From positions 192,001-256,000 of the forward strand of contig CBDBHB010000009.1 of NCBI GenBank assembly GCA_965205505.1: 64,000 nt of DNA, read 5' to 3'. The notes under the pieces were generated by a model, which saw only the letters and a program-made list of their open reading frames with translations, did not search any database and had not been told where the DNA came from. Below, piece by piece: positions 8,969-18,629 of this stretch (position 1 is its first letter; every line of letters begins with the position of its first letter). Source of the DNA: Acidobacteriota bacterium. GTDB lineage: Bacteria > Acidobacteriota > UBA890 > WLXD01. The position numbers and the translations under genes are program-made.

Positions 8969-11677
8969 ATGCGGCCGCAGCCACCATTCCTCGAGATCTC
9001 CGCTCGGCTCTATGGCGCGTTGCTGCGGCTGCTTCCGGCCCCGTTGCGACGGGTGCGTCGCGCCGAGATGATGGAGCTATTCCGCGACCTGGTTCGCGAC
9101 GGCTACGGGCGCGCTGGGGCGCGCGGAGCTCTGTTGGCAGGGGTGCGCTGCTGCACCGGACTCGTACGAGTTGCCGCCGCCGAGCGACTGCGGCGACCCG
9201 ACCGAAATCCGCTCCGAATCGACACAGACTCGATGCTCATCCGTGTCCTCGGCGACCTGCGCCTGGCAGCCCGAACCCTGCGCCGCACGCCCGGTTTCAC
9301 GCTCGTGTCGGTGCTTACCCTCGCCCTCGGCATTGGCGCCACCACGGCGATCTTCAGCCTGGTCTATGGCGTCGTGATCCAGGGGCTGCCGTACGACGAG
9401 GCCGAGAACCTCGTGTTCATCGACCACAAGGCTCCGGTGGTGGGCTTCGACAGCGGTCTCGGATCGGGGCCCGGCCTGTACTGGCACTATTCGCGGTACG
9501 CGGAGTCGATTGAGCAGATTTCCTACTCGGAGCTCTACGAGGTAACGATTACGGGCGAAGGCCTCGAGCCGGCGTTGGTGTGGGCGGCGGAGGCAACCTC
9601 GGAGCTGTTTTCCGTGTTTCGGATCCGCCCTTTGCACGGCAGGCTCTTCACGGCCGACGATGACGTGCCCGACGGCGAACGGGTGGTGATCCTGAGCCAC
9701 GCTTACTGGCGGCGTCACTTCGGTGGCGACCCGACGGCGGTGGGCCGGGATCTCGAGGTCTCGGGGCGACGCTACCCGATCGTCGGCATCCTGCCGCCCG
9801 ACTTTCGCTACCTAAGCGTCGTCGAGCTCTTTCTGAGCAACCGCACGGACTTCGCCAACAACTTCGGCGGTTTCAACGGGCAGTCGATTGCGCGGGTGAA
9901 GGCCGGCACGTCGCTCGAGGCGCTGCGTATGGAGCTCGACCGCCACCTGGCGCAGATCGAGCGCAGCTATCCCGACCCCGCCATCACCACCATGCTGCGC
10001 GAGGCCGAGATCGGCGCCGTGCCGATCGACCTCAGAGCTTGGATCGTCGGACCCGTGGAGCAGCTTCTGTGGATTCTCATGGGTACCGTCGGCTTCCTGT
10101 TGCTGATCGCCAGCGCCAACGTCGCCAATTTGTTTCTGGTGCGCGCCGAGGGGCGCCATCGGGAGATCGCCGTGCGCCATGCGCTCGGCGCTAGCCGCGG
10201 CCAGGTGCTGCGGGGCTTCCTGGCCGAGAGCCTGTTGCTGTCGGGCATCGGGTGCGTGGCCGGTGTGTTGATCGCCAACGTGGGCGTTCAGTTCCTCCTG
10301 GGTAGGATCCCATTCGTTCTGCCCCGCGCCGAAGAGGTCGGAGTCAACGCCGTCGCGCTGGCCTTCGCGGTGGGCATCTCGATCGGATGTGGCCTCGTGT
10401 TCGCCTGCCTCCCGGTGTTGCGCGAAGGCGCCAACATCAACGACGTGCTGCGCGACGGCAGCCGGACCAGCACGGTGGGCGGGGCGCGCGTGCGCACCCG
10501 TCAAACGCTGGTCGTCGCCCAGATCGCGCTGTCGCTAGTGCTGCTGTCAGGTGCCGGGTTGATGGCGCGCAGCTTCGCCCGGCTGGCCGCCGTGCATCCG
10601 GGCTTCGAGTCAGGCAACGTGTTGACGTTCCAGCTTTCCCTGCCGGGCTCGCGCTACGCTGGCGACGTCGAGGCCGCTGCCTTTCACGATGCCCTGCTCG
10701 ATCGTCTGCGGGTTTTTCCGGGGGTCACCCAAGTGGGTGCGGTGCGAGACTTGCCGCTAACCTGGTCGGGCGGTGGGGACATCCTGATCAAGGAGAGCGA
10801 TCCTCCTGTCGACGGCGAGCTTCCGCCGATCATCTGGATGAACCGGGCCGCGCCCGACTACTTCAACACCCTGCGGATTCCCCTGATCGCCGGACGCACG
10901 ATCACGCGGGCCGATCACGACGAGGCGCGCCCGGTGATCGTCTTGAATCAGTCGGCGGTCGACGTTTTCTTCGCCGGCGAGAACCCGGTCGGCGAGCGTG
11001 TGGCCATCGGAATGGAGTACGATCCACGATGGCTCGAAGTGGTCGGCATCGTCGGTACCACCAAGCAGGAGACTCTGAGGGAGGTCCCGACCCCGATTGG
11101 ATTCTTGAGCATGGTCGAGGAGGGCTCAAACAGCGCGCGGCAGATGTCGTACGTGATCCGGGTGGATGGCGATCCCCTCAGTCTCGGTGAGGCGGTGCGC
11201 GCTGCGGTGCGCGAGGCCGATCGCGATCTGCCGATCATCCGTATGCGGAGCATGGCGCAGGTCGTCACCGAGGCCGGCGCTCCGATGGCGTTCACCATGG
11301 TCCTGCTGGGCCTCGCGGCGGGCCTCGCCGTGCTGCTGGGCAGCATCGGCGTCTACGGTGTGATCTCGCACATCGTCGGGCACCGCACCGGCGAGATCGG
11401 CATTCGCATGGCGCTCGGCGCCGCCGGGACGAACGTACGTCGAATGCTGCTACGCGAGGGCGCCGCGGTGGCCGCAATCGGGCTGGGTCTCGGGCTCGCC
11501 GGTACCTTCTTGCTGGTCCAGACGATGGAGTCGCAACTCTACGATGTCGATCCCTTCGATCCGCTAACGCATGCAACCACCAGCCTGGTTATCCTCGGCA
11601 TCGTCCTGCTGGCAACCTGGATACCCGCACTGCGCGCGTCGCGCATCGAGCCGGTGGTGGCGCTGCGGGCGGAATAA
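8969..11677 (+). CDS. ADOP-type duplicated MacB/FtsX ABC permease
   Basis: LTLALGIGATTAIFS, two FtsX halves (REIAVRxALGA, EIGIRMALGA), ends PVVALRAE. Confidence 0.9.
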   Translation: MRPQPPFLEISARLYGALLRLLPAPLRRVRRAEMMELFRDLVRDGYGRAGARGALLAGVRCCTGLVRVAAAERLRRPDRNPLRIDTDSMLIRVLGDLRLAARTLRRTPGFTLVSVLTLALGIGATTAIFSLVYGVVIQGLPYDEAENLVFIDHKAPVVGFDSGLGSGPGLYWHYSRYAESIEQISYSELYEVTITGEGLEPALVWAAEATSELFSVFRIRPLHGRLFTADDDVPDGERVVILSHAYWRRHFGGDPTAVGRDLEVSGRRYPIVGILPPDFRYLSVVELFLSNRTDFANNFGGFNGQSIARVKAGTSLEALRMELDRHLAQIERSYPDPAITTMLREAEIGAVPIDLRAWIVGPVEQLLWILMGTVGFLLLIASANVANLFLVRAEGRHREIAVRHALGASRGQVLRGFLAESLLLSGIGCVAGVLIANVGVQFLLGRIPFVLPRAEEVGVNAVALAFAVGISIGCGLVFACLPVLREGANINDVLRDGSRTSTVGGARVRTRQTLVVAQIALSLVLLSGAGLMARSFARLAAVHPGFESGNVLTFQLSLPGSRYAGDVEAAAFHDALLDRLRVFPGVTQVGAVRDLPLTWSGGGDILIKESDPPVDGELPPIIWMNRAAPDYFNTLRIPLIAGRTITRADHDEARPVIVLNQSAVDVFFAGENPVGERVAIGMEYDPRWLEVVGIVGTTKQETLREVPTPIGFLSMVEEGSNSARQMSYVIRVDGDPLSLGEAVRAAVREADRDLPIIRMRSMAQVVTEAGAPMAFTMVLLGLAAGLAVLLGSIGVYGVISHIVGHRTGEIGIRMALGAAGTNVRRMLLREGAAVAAIGLGLGLAGTFLLVQTMESQLYDVDPFDPLTHATTSLVILGIVLLATWIPALRASRIEPVVALRAE

Positions 11678-11681
11678 CCGT

Positions 11682-11856
11682 CTAGCAGGCCGTGGTGAAA
11701 GTATGGTGGGTCTGGTTACGGCGACAGGGGGTTGCGCGCGTATGCTGCGTCGTTCCTCGTCAACGATGGGGTAACCATCGTCTCCTCCTCTCTCCTTGCC
11801 TCCACTTCGCAAGACCCTGTCGCCAGACCCACCACACTTTCACCACGGCCTGCTAG
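11682..11856. mobile_element. 175-bp MITE-like element with about 33-bp terminal inverted repeats bounded by CTAG
   Basis: ctagcaggccgtggtgaaagtatggtgggtctgg ... ccagacccaccacactttcaccacggcctgctag; no coding capacity; related ends at 42029, 48514-48558, 55036-55078. Confidence 0.75.
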
Positions 11857-12029
11857 CTGCCTGCGCTCGGGATGGTGGCTTGGCGCCGGCGCAGTCGATA
11901 CAGCCCGTACAGCCCGATCACCACCGCTGCGAGGCTGGTTACTTGCGGCACCGGCGGGCCACCAGCCCACAGGTAGAGCCGCGGGTCAGCACGGAAGAAC
12001 TCGTTGACGAACCGAATCGCGCCGTAGTG
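11853..12029 (-). pseudogene. C-terminal remnant of a prolipoprotein diacylglyceryl transferase-like gene
   Basis: Hand translation YGAIRFVNEFFRADP...QVTSL (Lgt RFxxEFxR motif); its TAG stop lies in the MITE CTAG. Confidence 0.6.
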
Positions 12030-12731
12030 GCATTCGATCTGCGGATGCCAGCGGAAGACGAGCTGGCGCTGAGCGCCGACACGCAGCTGTCACCTCACCT
12101 CGCCTGGCACTTCCCGCGCCAGGCCGACTTCTATAACCAGCGCTACCTCACCTTCCGCCACGCCGATGCCGAGGAGCGGCGACGGTGGATCGCCTCACTC
12201 CGCCGGCTGGCCGCCAAGCTGACGTTCAAGTACGGGCGTCGACTGCTGTTCAAGTCGCCGTTGCACACCGCCCGCGTGCCCCTCTTGCTGGAGGCCTTCC
12301 CCGACGCCCGATTTGTCCATCTTCACCGCGATCCCTATCGCGTCTACCAGTCGACCCGCTACATGGAGCTCGAGGTGGAGCCGTTCTACCGTTACCAACG
12401 CGGTCGTCCGGACACCCTCGAGGATCGCATCCTCCGACGCTACCGCCTGCTGTACGAGGCGTACCTGAGCGACCGCGCACAAATACCCGCCGGGCGCCTG
12501 GTAGAGGTCGGGTTCGACGCGCTCGAGAGGGAGCCGATGGCAACTCTGGAGCACGTCTATCGGGGCCTGCAGATACCGGGCTTCGCCGCCGCGATGCCCG
12601 CGCTGGAACGCTACCTGGCATCGGTGCGTGACTATCGCAAGAATGTCTACGGCAAGCTCGACGCCGACGCCGCAGCGCGCGTGCGGCAGCAATGGGGCTT
12701 TGCCTTCGAGGCGTTCGGCTACCGGCGCTAG
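12027..12731 (+). pseudogene. Sulfotransferase, 5'-truncated
   Basis: PAEDE, LLFKSPLHTAR, FPDARFVHLHRDPY; N-terminal PAPS loop absent. Confidence 0.75.
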
Positions 12732-12779
12732 CGCGATCCGGAAGGCCAGTGCGCCTCCGCCGCCGCCGATGATTGCGCG

Positions 12780-13533
12780 CTAGTCCGGCGTCCCGAACTC
12801 CCGGTTCGAGCCTGTTCGGTTCCCGCTTCTCTCCATCGCGAGCACCTCGAACTTGTACGCAGTTCCGGCGTCCAGGAACTCGGGTGGGACGGTGATGGTT
12901 GTTGTCGTGGGTGCCAAGTCGGCGGAGAAAGTGCGCCCATTGCTTGTATTCCAGATCGTCACGCAATAGCCGGTGATTCTGCTGCCGGGTGGGTTTGGGA
13001 CCCGTTGCCACTGGAAGATGGCCCAATTCGGGTTCACTAGCTCTCCCGGAGCCGGAAAGTCGATTTGAGGCGCACCTGGAAGCGCGTGGGTCAACCTCGA
13101 CTTGCCGTTCAGCTTCTTTCCTCCCGTCGTCGTCCCCCTGAACTTGTACTCGCCTTCGGGGAAGAGCGCCAGCAGCTCCTCGAGCGTTTGTACGTCGAAC
13201 GACGGCTCGGCGCTCTCGAAAAAGAGATCGGTGATGCCCTGCACGCCAATGGCGCCGTCCGCCGTTACGTCGAACAGCGTAGTGCCCTCCGGATCGGTAA
13301 GGCTCATCGAGTCAACCCTCGCCGTCGAGGAACAGTTGGATCCCGGCATCTCCGTCGGTGTCGTTGATCTGGATGAAGATGGCGCTATCGTTCAACCGAA
13401 TCTTCGCCGCGCGCCGCGTCTCCGTCTGGCCCGGCGTCTTGCTTGTCGCACCTGCGCCCAACAAACCCATCGCGAGCGCTGCACAAATCAGCATCAACCT
13501 GATCCGTCCGATACATGAGCCCTCTGTTCGCAT
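12780..13533 (-). pseudogene. Secreted protein with C-terminal FN3-like domain, frameshifted near 13312
   Basis: Signal peptide and INDTDGDAGIQLFLDGEG in one frame; SMSLTDPEG...YKFEVLAMERSGN in another. Confidence 0.65.
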
Positions 13534-13674
13534 CACAACCCCTTTGGTTCTCAGCCCTGCGATTGACAAAGCGACGGCCTCTCCGGCTCGTCGAGGGCGC
13601 GAGTCAAACACAGATCGGCGGCACCCTCCAGAGATCCACCAGACGCGGCGGCCCGCGAAGATCGACGCCCGACG

Positions 13675-14460
13675 CTACATCGCCGTGGTGCTGAGCCCCG
13701 CGTCGACGTAGTGCACTTCGCCGGTGACCCCCTTGGCGAGGTCGGAGAGCAAATACAGGCCGGCGGCTCCGACGTCGTCGGTGTCGACGTTGCGGCGTAG
13801 CGGCGCCCGCTCCGCCATGGCGGCAAGCATTCCCCGTAGTCCCGAAACACCGGAGGCGGCGAGCGTCTTGATGGGGCCGGCGGAGATGGCGTTGACGCGG
13901 ATGTTCTTCTCACCCAGGTCCAGCGCCAGGTACCGGACGGCGGCCTCGAGCCCGGCCTTGGCGATACCCATGACGTTGTAATTGGGGACTGCCTTGACGG
14001 AGCCGTAGTAGGTCATCGCCACGATGCTGCCGCCGTCGGTCATCAACGGCTCGGCCTTGCGGGCCAGCAGCAGCAGCGAGTACACGCTGATCTCCATCGC
14101 CTTGAGGAAGCCCTCCCGCGAGGTGTCGATGGTGCGCCCCCTGAGGTCCTCGCGCTCGGCGTAGGCGATGGAGTGCACCAGGAAGTCGAGGCCGCCGAGG
14201 CCGTCTTGCACCTGGACGAAGGCGTCGTCCACCTGGGCCTCGTCGGTGACGTCCATGGGCACCAGCACGTCGCTACCGATCGACTCGGCCAGCGGCTGCA
14301 CGCGCTTGAGCAGCGCGTCGCCCTGGTAGGTGAACGCCAGTCGTGCCCCGGCCGCGGCCGCACGGCGGGCGATGCCCCAAGCAATCGACCGGTGGTTGGC
14401 CACGCCGACGATCAGGCCCTTCTTGCCGGCCAGGAGGTCGGTTGCCGGGATGTCGCTCAT
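13675..14460 (-). CDS. fabI: Enoyl-ACP reductase
   Basis: [37 protein letters not shown]. Confidence 0.95.
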   Translation of the reverse strand: MSDIPATDLLAGKKGLIVGVANHRSIAWGIARRAAAAGARLAFTYQGDALLKRVQPLAESIGSDVLVPMDVTDEAQVDDAFVQVQDGLGGLDFLVHSIAYAEREDLRGRTIDTSREGFLKAMEISVYSLLLLARKAEPLMTDGGSIVAMTYYGSVKAVPNYNVMGIAKAGLEAAVRYLALDLGEKNIRVNAISAGPIKTLAASGVSGLRGMLAAMAERAPLRRNVDTDDVGAAGLYLLSDLAKGVTGEVHYVDAGLSTTAM

Positions 14461-14469
14461 TGCAGCTCG

Positions 14470-14583
14470 CTACTTCTTGGAGCCGCTGGTCTGCTTCTTC
14501 TTACTCGTGGCCTTCGGCCGCTTCTTGCCGTGCGAGCCCATGAATATCTTGCCGCGCTTGGTGCGCGGGTCACCCTTACCCAA
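14470..14583 (-). CDS. thx: 30S ribosomal protein bTHX, 37 aa (absent from the ORF track)
   Basis: TTG start, AAGGAG RBS; MGKGDPRTKRGKIFMGSHGKKRPK... matches the THX pattern GKGDxxTxRGKI..G..GK.RP. Confidence 0.9.
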   Translation of the reverse strand: MGKGDPRTKRGKIFMGSHGKKRPKATSKKKQTSGSKK

Positions 14584-14808
14584 GGTGGTTCTCCTTGTCG
14601 GTCGTTAATGGCGTGGAACCAGCCCGGGAAGGATAGCCGATAGGGTCAGCATCATGCTCGCGCCGGGCGCGTTCGTGATCCAGACCGACGGATCGTTGGT
14701 GTCCCTCGGTGAGGAAGCGAGTCTACCGGAAGAGCCCGGCGCGGTGGGAGTAGCAGCGAGGCAGGTTAGTCCTCTCGTGTTGCGTGGACGCGGACGCTCT
14801 GCCTCGGG

Positions 14809-15429
14809 TCAGATGAGCGGCGGCAGCAGGAACCAGCTACGCGCCTTGTAGGCCTCGAACTCCGGGTAGCGCGCCAGCGAGCGATCCTTTTTGAGCATGT
14901 TGGGGATCCACACCGCCACCAGGAACAGCGCGATCACCAGCAGCGGCAGCCAGTGCATGGCGAGCAGCCCGAAGCCCAGGTAGATGAGCAGCTCGCCCAG
15001 GTAGTTGGGGTTGCGGCAGCGGGCCCAAAGGCCGGTGTGCACCAGCTGGTCGGGGCGCAGCTGCAGCGCGATGTTCTTGTGCATGTCGGAGGCGAAGTGC
15101 AGAAACACGCCGAAGCCCCACAGGGCGACGCAGGCGGCCACGTACCAGGGCGGGGGCGCCACGCTGCCTGAAGTCACGATCCACGGCGCGATCCAGTAGA
15201 GCGACAGCCCAGCCCAAATCATCAGGCCGTACACCACAGAGCTGCGCTCCTCCCAGCTCTTGTCGGGAAAGGTGCGGCTCTTGCAGACCCACAGCAGGCC
15301 GTAAGTGCCATGCAGGGCGAGATAGATCCACGCGGCGAGGTGATCCCAAGAGGAGTGCCAGGCCATCATGCCAAGGACGGCGGGGCCGGTGATGACTTTG
15401 TGGGTGTCGATGAAGTGGCGTTGTCGCAT
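14809..15429 (-). CDS. DUF1295 / steroid 5-alpha-reductase-like membrane protein
   Basis: Multiple TM segments; SDxxK and GLWARCRNPNYLGE. Confidence 0.8.
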   Translation of the reverse strand: MRQRHFIDTHKVITGPAVLGMMAWHSSWDHLAAWIYLALHGTYGLLWVCKSRTFPDKSWEERSSVVYGLMIWAGLSLYWIAPWIVTSGSVAPPPWYVAACVALWGFGVFLHFASDMHKNIALQLRPDQLVHTGLWARCRNPNYLGELLIYLGFGLLAMHWLPLLVIALFLVAVWIPNMLKKDRSLARYPEFEAYKARSWFLLPPLI

Positions 15430-15434
15430 CTGGC

Positions 15435-15742
15435 CTACTTCAGCGCGATTCCCGGAATGTAGTTGATCTCGCCGGTGTCGCGCTCCTCGAGCAGGTAAGT
15501 GAACACGGGTCCGGACCTGGAGATCTTGGCGTCGACGTACAAGTCATCCACCTGGCCGCGGCTCGCCAGGCGGCTCGGGAACTGAACGCTCGCCGTCTGG
15601 TTCGGCTCCACCATCACGGTCTTTGAGAACACCCGGTCGCCGTTGCCGACCCCAGCACCATCACGACTGCCAGCAGAAGCGCCCGCGCCGCGGTCGCGCT
15701 CCGTTTGCGGCCGGCGCGGAAGGTTCGTTCACCGTTCACCAT
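15435..15742 (-). pseudogene. Collapsed secreted-protein gene (signal peptide joined out of frame to the C-terminus)
   Basis: MVNGER...RALLLAVVMVLGSATA in one frame; ...PVFTYLLEERDTGEINYIPG in another. Confidence 0.45.
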
Positions 15743-15944
15743 GGAACCCGGTGCGTTCACTGTTCACCTCACGTGCTCTCGTCGGTCATCGGCGACGCTG
15801 CGATGGCTCGGCAAGGATAGCCGATCCTGCCGCGCCACCTCAGATGCCAGGTAGAGATCCTGGACAAGGCCGCGGGTCTTTGTTTGGATGCCGCATCGTG
15901 ACGATGGCTAGAGCGACCAGCGCAACCGACGGCGGGTGCCGACC

Positions 15945-17393
15945 GTGATCCGAACCGGCGAGCAGTACATCGAGTCGATTCGCGACGATCGCGAGGTGTG
16001 GATCGACGGCGAGCGGGTCGACGACGTCGCCACGCATCCGGCGTTCAAGCCGATTGTCGACGTGCGCGCGCGCATCTATGACATGGCGCATGACGAGCAG
16101 TACCGCCAGGTGATGAGCTACGTCGACGACGACACGAACGAGACCAACGCCATCGCGCTCAAGCTACCGAAGGAGGAGCAAGACTGGCGCGACAAGCGCC
16201 GCGCGGTCGACACGGTGATGCTGGAGATCGGTGGCGTGGTAACTCGGGTCGGCGACGAGACCATCGGCGAGATGTGGTTGTTGTTCGACGGCAGCGATGT
16301 GCTCGCCGAGATCGATTCGCAGTTCGCCAGCAACATCGAGCGGCACATCCAGCACGCGCTGCGTGGCGATGCGTTCCATGTGTCGGCCAACACCGATCCG
16401 AAGGGCGACCGCTCGAAGGCGCCGCAGGACCAGGATCCGGACATGCTGCTGCACGTGGTGCGCGAGACCGATGCCGGCATCGTCGTGCGGGGCGCCAAGT
16501 ACGAGACCGCGTCGGCGTACTCGAACCAGGCTTTCGCCAAGCCGACGATCGCCAACTGGGGCGATGCGGAGCTGTCCGACTACGCCGTTGGCTTCATCGT
16601 GCCGATGAACGCTCAGGGCCTCAAGCACCTGTGCCGGTCGAGCTTTGCCGAGCGCGGCTCAGCAGTCGACTACCCGATCGCCAGTTGCTTCGACGAGGTC
16701 GACACGTTGATGATCTTCGACGACGTGCTGATCCCGTGGGAGGACGTGCTCTTCCACCGTCACACGCGCGCCGCGGTCTTCATTCGCGCCACGCTGCATC
16801 GCTATAGCGCCTTCCCCTTCGTACAGCGGATTCTGACGATCGCCGACCTGTTGATCGGCACGGCGCTGTTCAATGTTCGACAGACCGGCACCGACAAACA
16901 GCAGGCGGTGCGCGAGAAGCTCGCCACGATGGCCTGCTATCGAGAAGGGATCAACGCCCACCTGACGGCATCGATCGCGCTCGGTGAGCGCAGCCCAGCC
17001 GGTCTGATGATGCCCAATCAGTCGCTGCTCTACACCGGCCGTGTGCTGGCCTGTAGCCAGCTCCCCGCCATGGTGCACCTCGCCCGTGAGCTATGCGGCG
17101 GCCAGATTTGCGTCACCCCCGACAGTCGATCGTTCGCCGCAGCCGAGATCGGACCGTGGCTGAAGAAGTACTACAGCGTCAACGAGAACTGGGTTGCGGA
17201 GGATCGCCGCAAGCTGCTTGCCTACGCGCGCGATCTGATCAACTCCGACCACGCCGGACATCGGGTGACCTTCGAGCTGTTCGCCCAATCGCCGCCGTTC
17301 GCACACCTGGCTGCCGTCTACAACAACTTCGACTTCTCTGGCCCGCTAGATCTAGTCAAGAAGGCGGCCGGGTTGTCTGATCAAGTGTCGTAG
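15945..17393 (+). CDS. 4-hydroxyphenylacetate 3-hydroxylase (HpaB) family flavin-dependent monooxygenase
   Basis: IRTGEQYIESIRDDREVWIDGERV, DPKGDRS, GIVVRGAK, FDEVD..IFDDVLIPWE. Confidence 0.88.
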   Translation: MIRTGEQYIESIRDDREVWIDGERVDDVATHPAFKPIVDVRARIYDMAHDEQYRQVMSYVDDDTNETNAIALKLPKEEQDWRDKRRAVDTVMLEIGGVVTRVGDETIGEMWLLFDGSDVLAEIDSQFASNIERHIQHALRGDAFHVSANTDPKGDRSKAPQDQDPDMLLHVVRETDAGIVVRGAKYETASAYSNQAFAKPTIANWGDAELSDYAVGFIVPMNAQGLKHLCRSSFAERGSAVDYPIASCFDEVDTLMIFDDVLIPWEDVLFHRHTRAAVFIRATLHRYSAFPFVQRILTIADLLIGTALFNVRQTGTDKQQAVREKLATMACYREGINAHLTASIALGERSPAGLMMPNQSLLYTGRVLACSQLPAMVHLARELCGGQICVTPDSRSFAAAEIGPWLKKYYSVNENWVAEDRRKLLAYARDLINSDHAGHRVTFELFAQSPPFAHLAAVYNNFDFSGPLDLVKKAAGLSDQVS

Positions 17394-17398
17394 CCCAC

Positions 17399-17833
17399 AT
17401 GAGCCATCTGAGGTTGCGCAAGTTCAACACTCGCGACACCTATCCCGACCAGGATCTCGACAACGACCTGTGCCAGGTTGTCGTCGCCGGCAACATCGTG
17501 TTCCTGCGCGGGCAGGTGGGCACCGATCTGGATGGCAACACCGTGGGAATCGGTGATTGTGCCGCTCAGGCCGATCAAGCGATGCGCAACGTCGCTCAGC
17601 TGCTTCAGGAAGCTGGCAGTGAGCTGGCCGATGTTTGCAAGATCACCGTCTACCTCACCGATCGGGACTACCGAGGGCCGGTGTATCGCACGATCGGTCG
17701 CTGGTTGAAGGGCGTCTTTCCGGTGTCCACGGGGCTCATCGTCGACGGTCTCGCGTCGACCGATTGGCTCGTCGCGATCGACGTCATTGCGGTGATTTCG
17801 GAGACCCAGATCGCCGACGGCGCAGACGGATGA
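17399..17833 (+). CDS. RidA/Rid family protein
   Basis: RGQVG, QAMRNV..LL..AG, KITVYLTD, FPVSTG. Confidence 0.88.
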   Translation: MSHLRLRKFNTRDTYPDQDLDNDLCQVVVAGNIVFLRGQVGTDLDGNTVGIGDCAAQADQAMRNVAQLLQEAGSELADVCKITVYLTDRDYRGPVYRTIGRWLKGVFPVSTGLIVDGLASTDWLVAIDVIAVISETQIADGADG

Positions 17834-18501
17834 CGATGTCGATCGCGGCTCGTTGCTCGCGCACTGGAATGGTCGGGGTGACGGTGTCGTCGTCGAGCAT
17901 CTGTGTGGCGGCTCGCTGCGCCTTCGTGCGCGCTGGTGCCGGCGCCGCCCTGAGCCAGAACATCACCGATCCGAGCCTCGGTGAGCGCGCTCTCGATCTG
18001 CTGGAGCAGGGGAGGGATGCCGAACAAGCGCTCGGCGCCGTGGTGGACTCCGCTGAGCACGCCGCCTGGCGGCAGCTGGCCGTTGTCGACACGGCCGGCA
18101 GGGTGGCGCACTTCAACGGCGAACGTACGTTGGGGCTACACGCGGCGGCGGAGGGGAGGAACTGCGTCGCGATTGGCAACCTGCTGGCCGACGATCGAGT
18201 CCCCGCGGCGATGGTCCGGGGCTTCGAGTCGGCCAACGGTCATCTCGCAGCGCGGCTGCTGGCTGCCATAGAGGCGGGTCTGGCAGCAGGTGGCGAAGAG
18301 GGCCCGGTGCGCTCCGCCGGGCTGCTGGTGGCCCACCAGGTATCGTGGCCAATCGTTGATCTGCGCGTCGACTGGGACACCGACCCGGTACCGCAGCTGG
18401 GAGTTCTGTGGCGTGAGTACGAGCCGCAACTGGAATCCTATGTTACCCGTGCCCTGGACCCGAGCGAGGCACCGTCGTACGGCGTGCCGGGCGATCCCTG
18501 A
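17830..18501 (+). CDS. DUF1028 Ntn-hydrolase-like protein
   Basis: MTMSIAARC, RQLAVVD, GNLLA, AGGEEGPVRSA, DLRVD; ATGA overlap with the Rid gene. Confidence 0.88.
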   Translation: MTMSIAARCSRTGMVGVTVSSSSICVAARCAFVRAGAGAALSQNITDPSLGERALDLLEQGRDAEQALGAVVDSAEHAAWRQLAVVDTAGRVAHFNGERTLGLHAAAEGRNCVAIGNLLADDRVPAAMVRGFESANGHLAARLLAAIEAGLAAGGEEGPVRSAGLLVAHQVSWPIVDLRVDWDTDPVPQLGVLWREYEPQLESYVTRALDPSEAPSYGVPGDP

Positions 18502-18504
18502 CCG

Positions 18505-18627
18505 ATGCTGATGCGCCCGCTGGGTCACCTCAACGTGCTGTCGCCGCCGTTGATTCTCACCCTCGAGCAGATCGACACGATCTTCAGGGTCCTGCGTTCA
18601 TGCGGCCTGGCCGTAGACAAGAGGTAG
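18505..18627 (+). pseudogene. C-terminal remnant of a class III aminotransferase
   Basis: Hand translation LMRPLGHLNVLSPPLILTLEQIDTIFRVLR. Confidence 0.65.
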
Positions 18628-18629
18628 CA

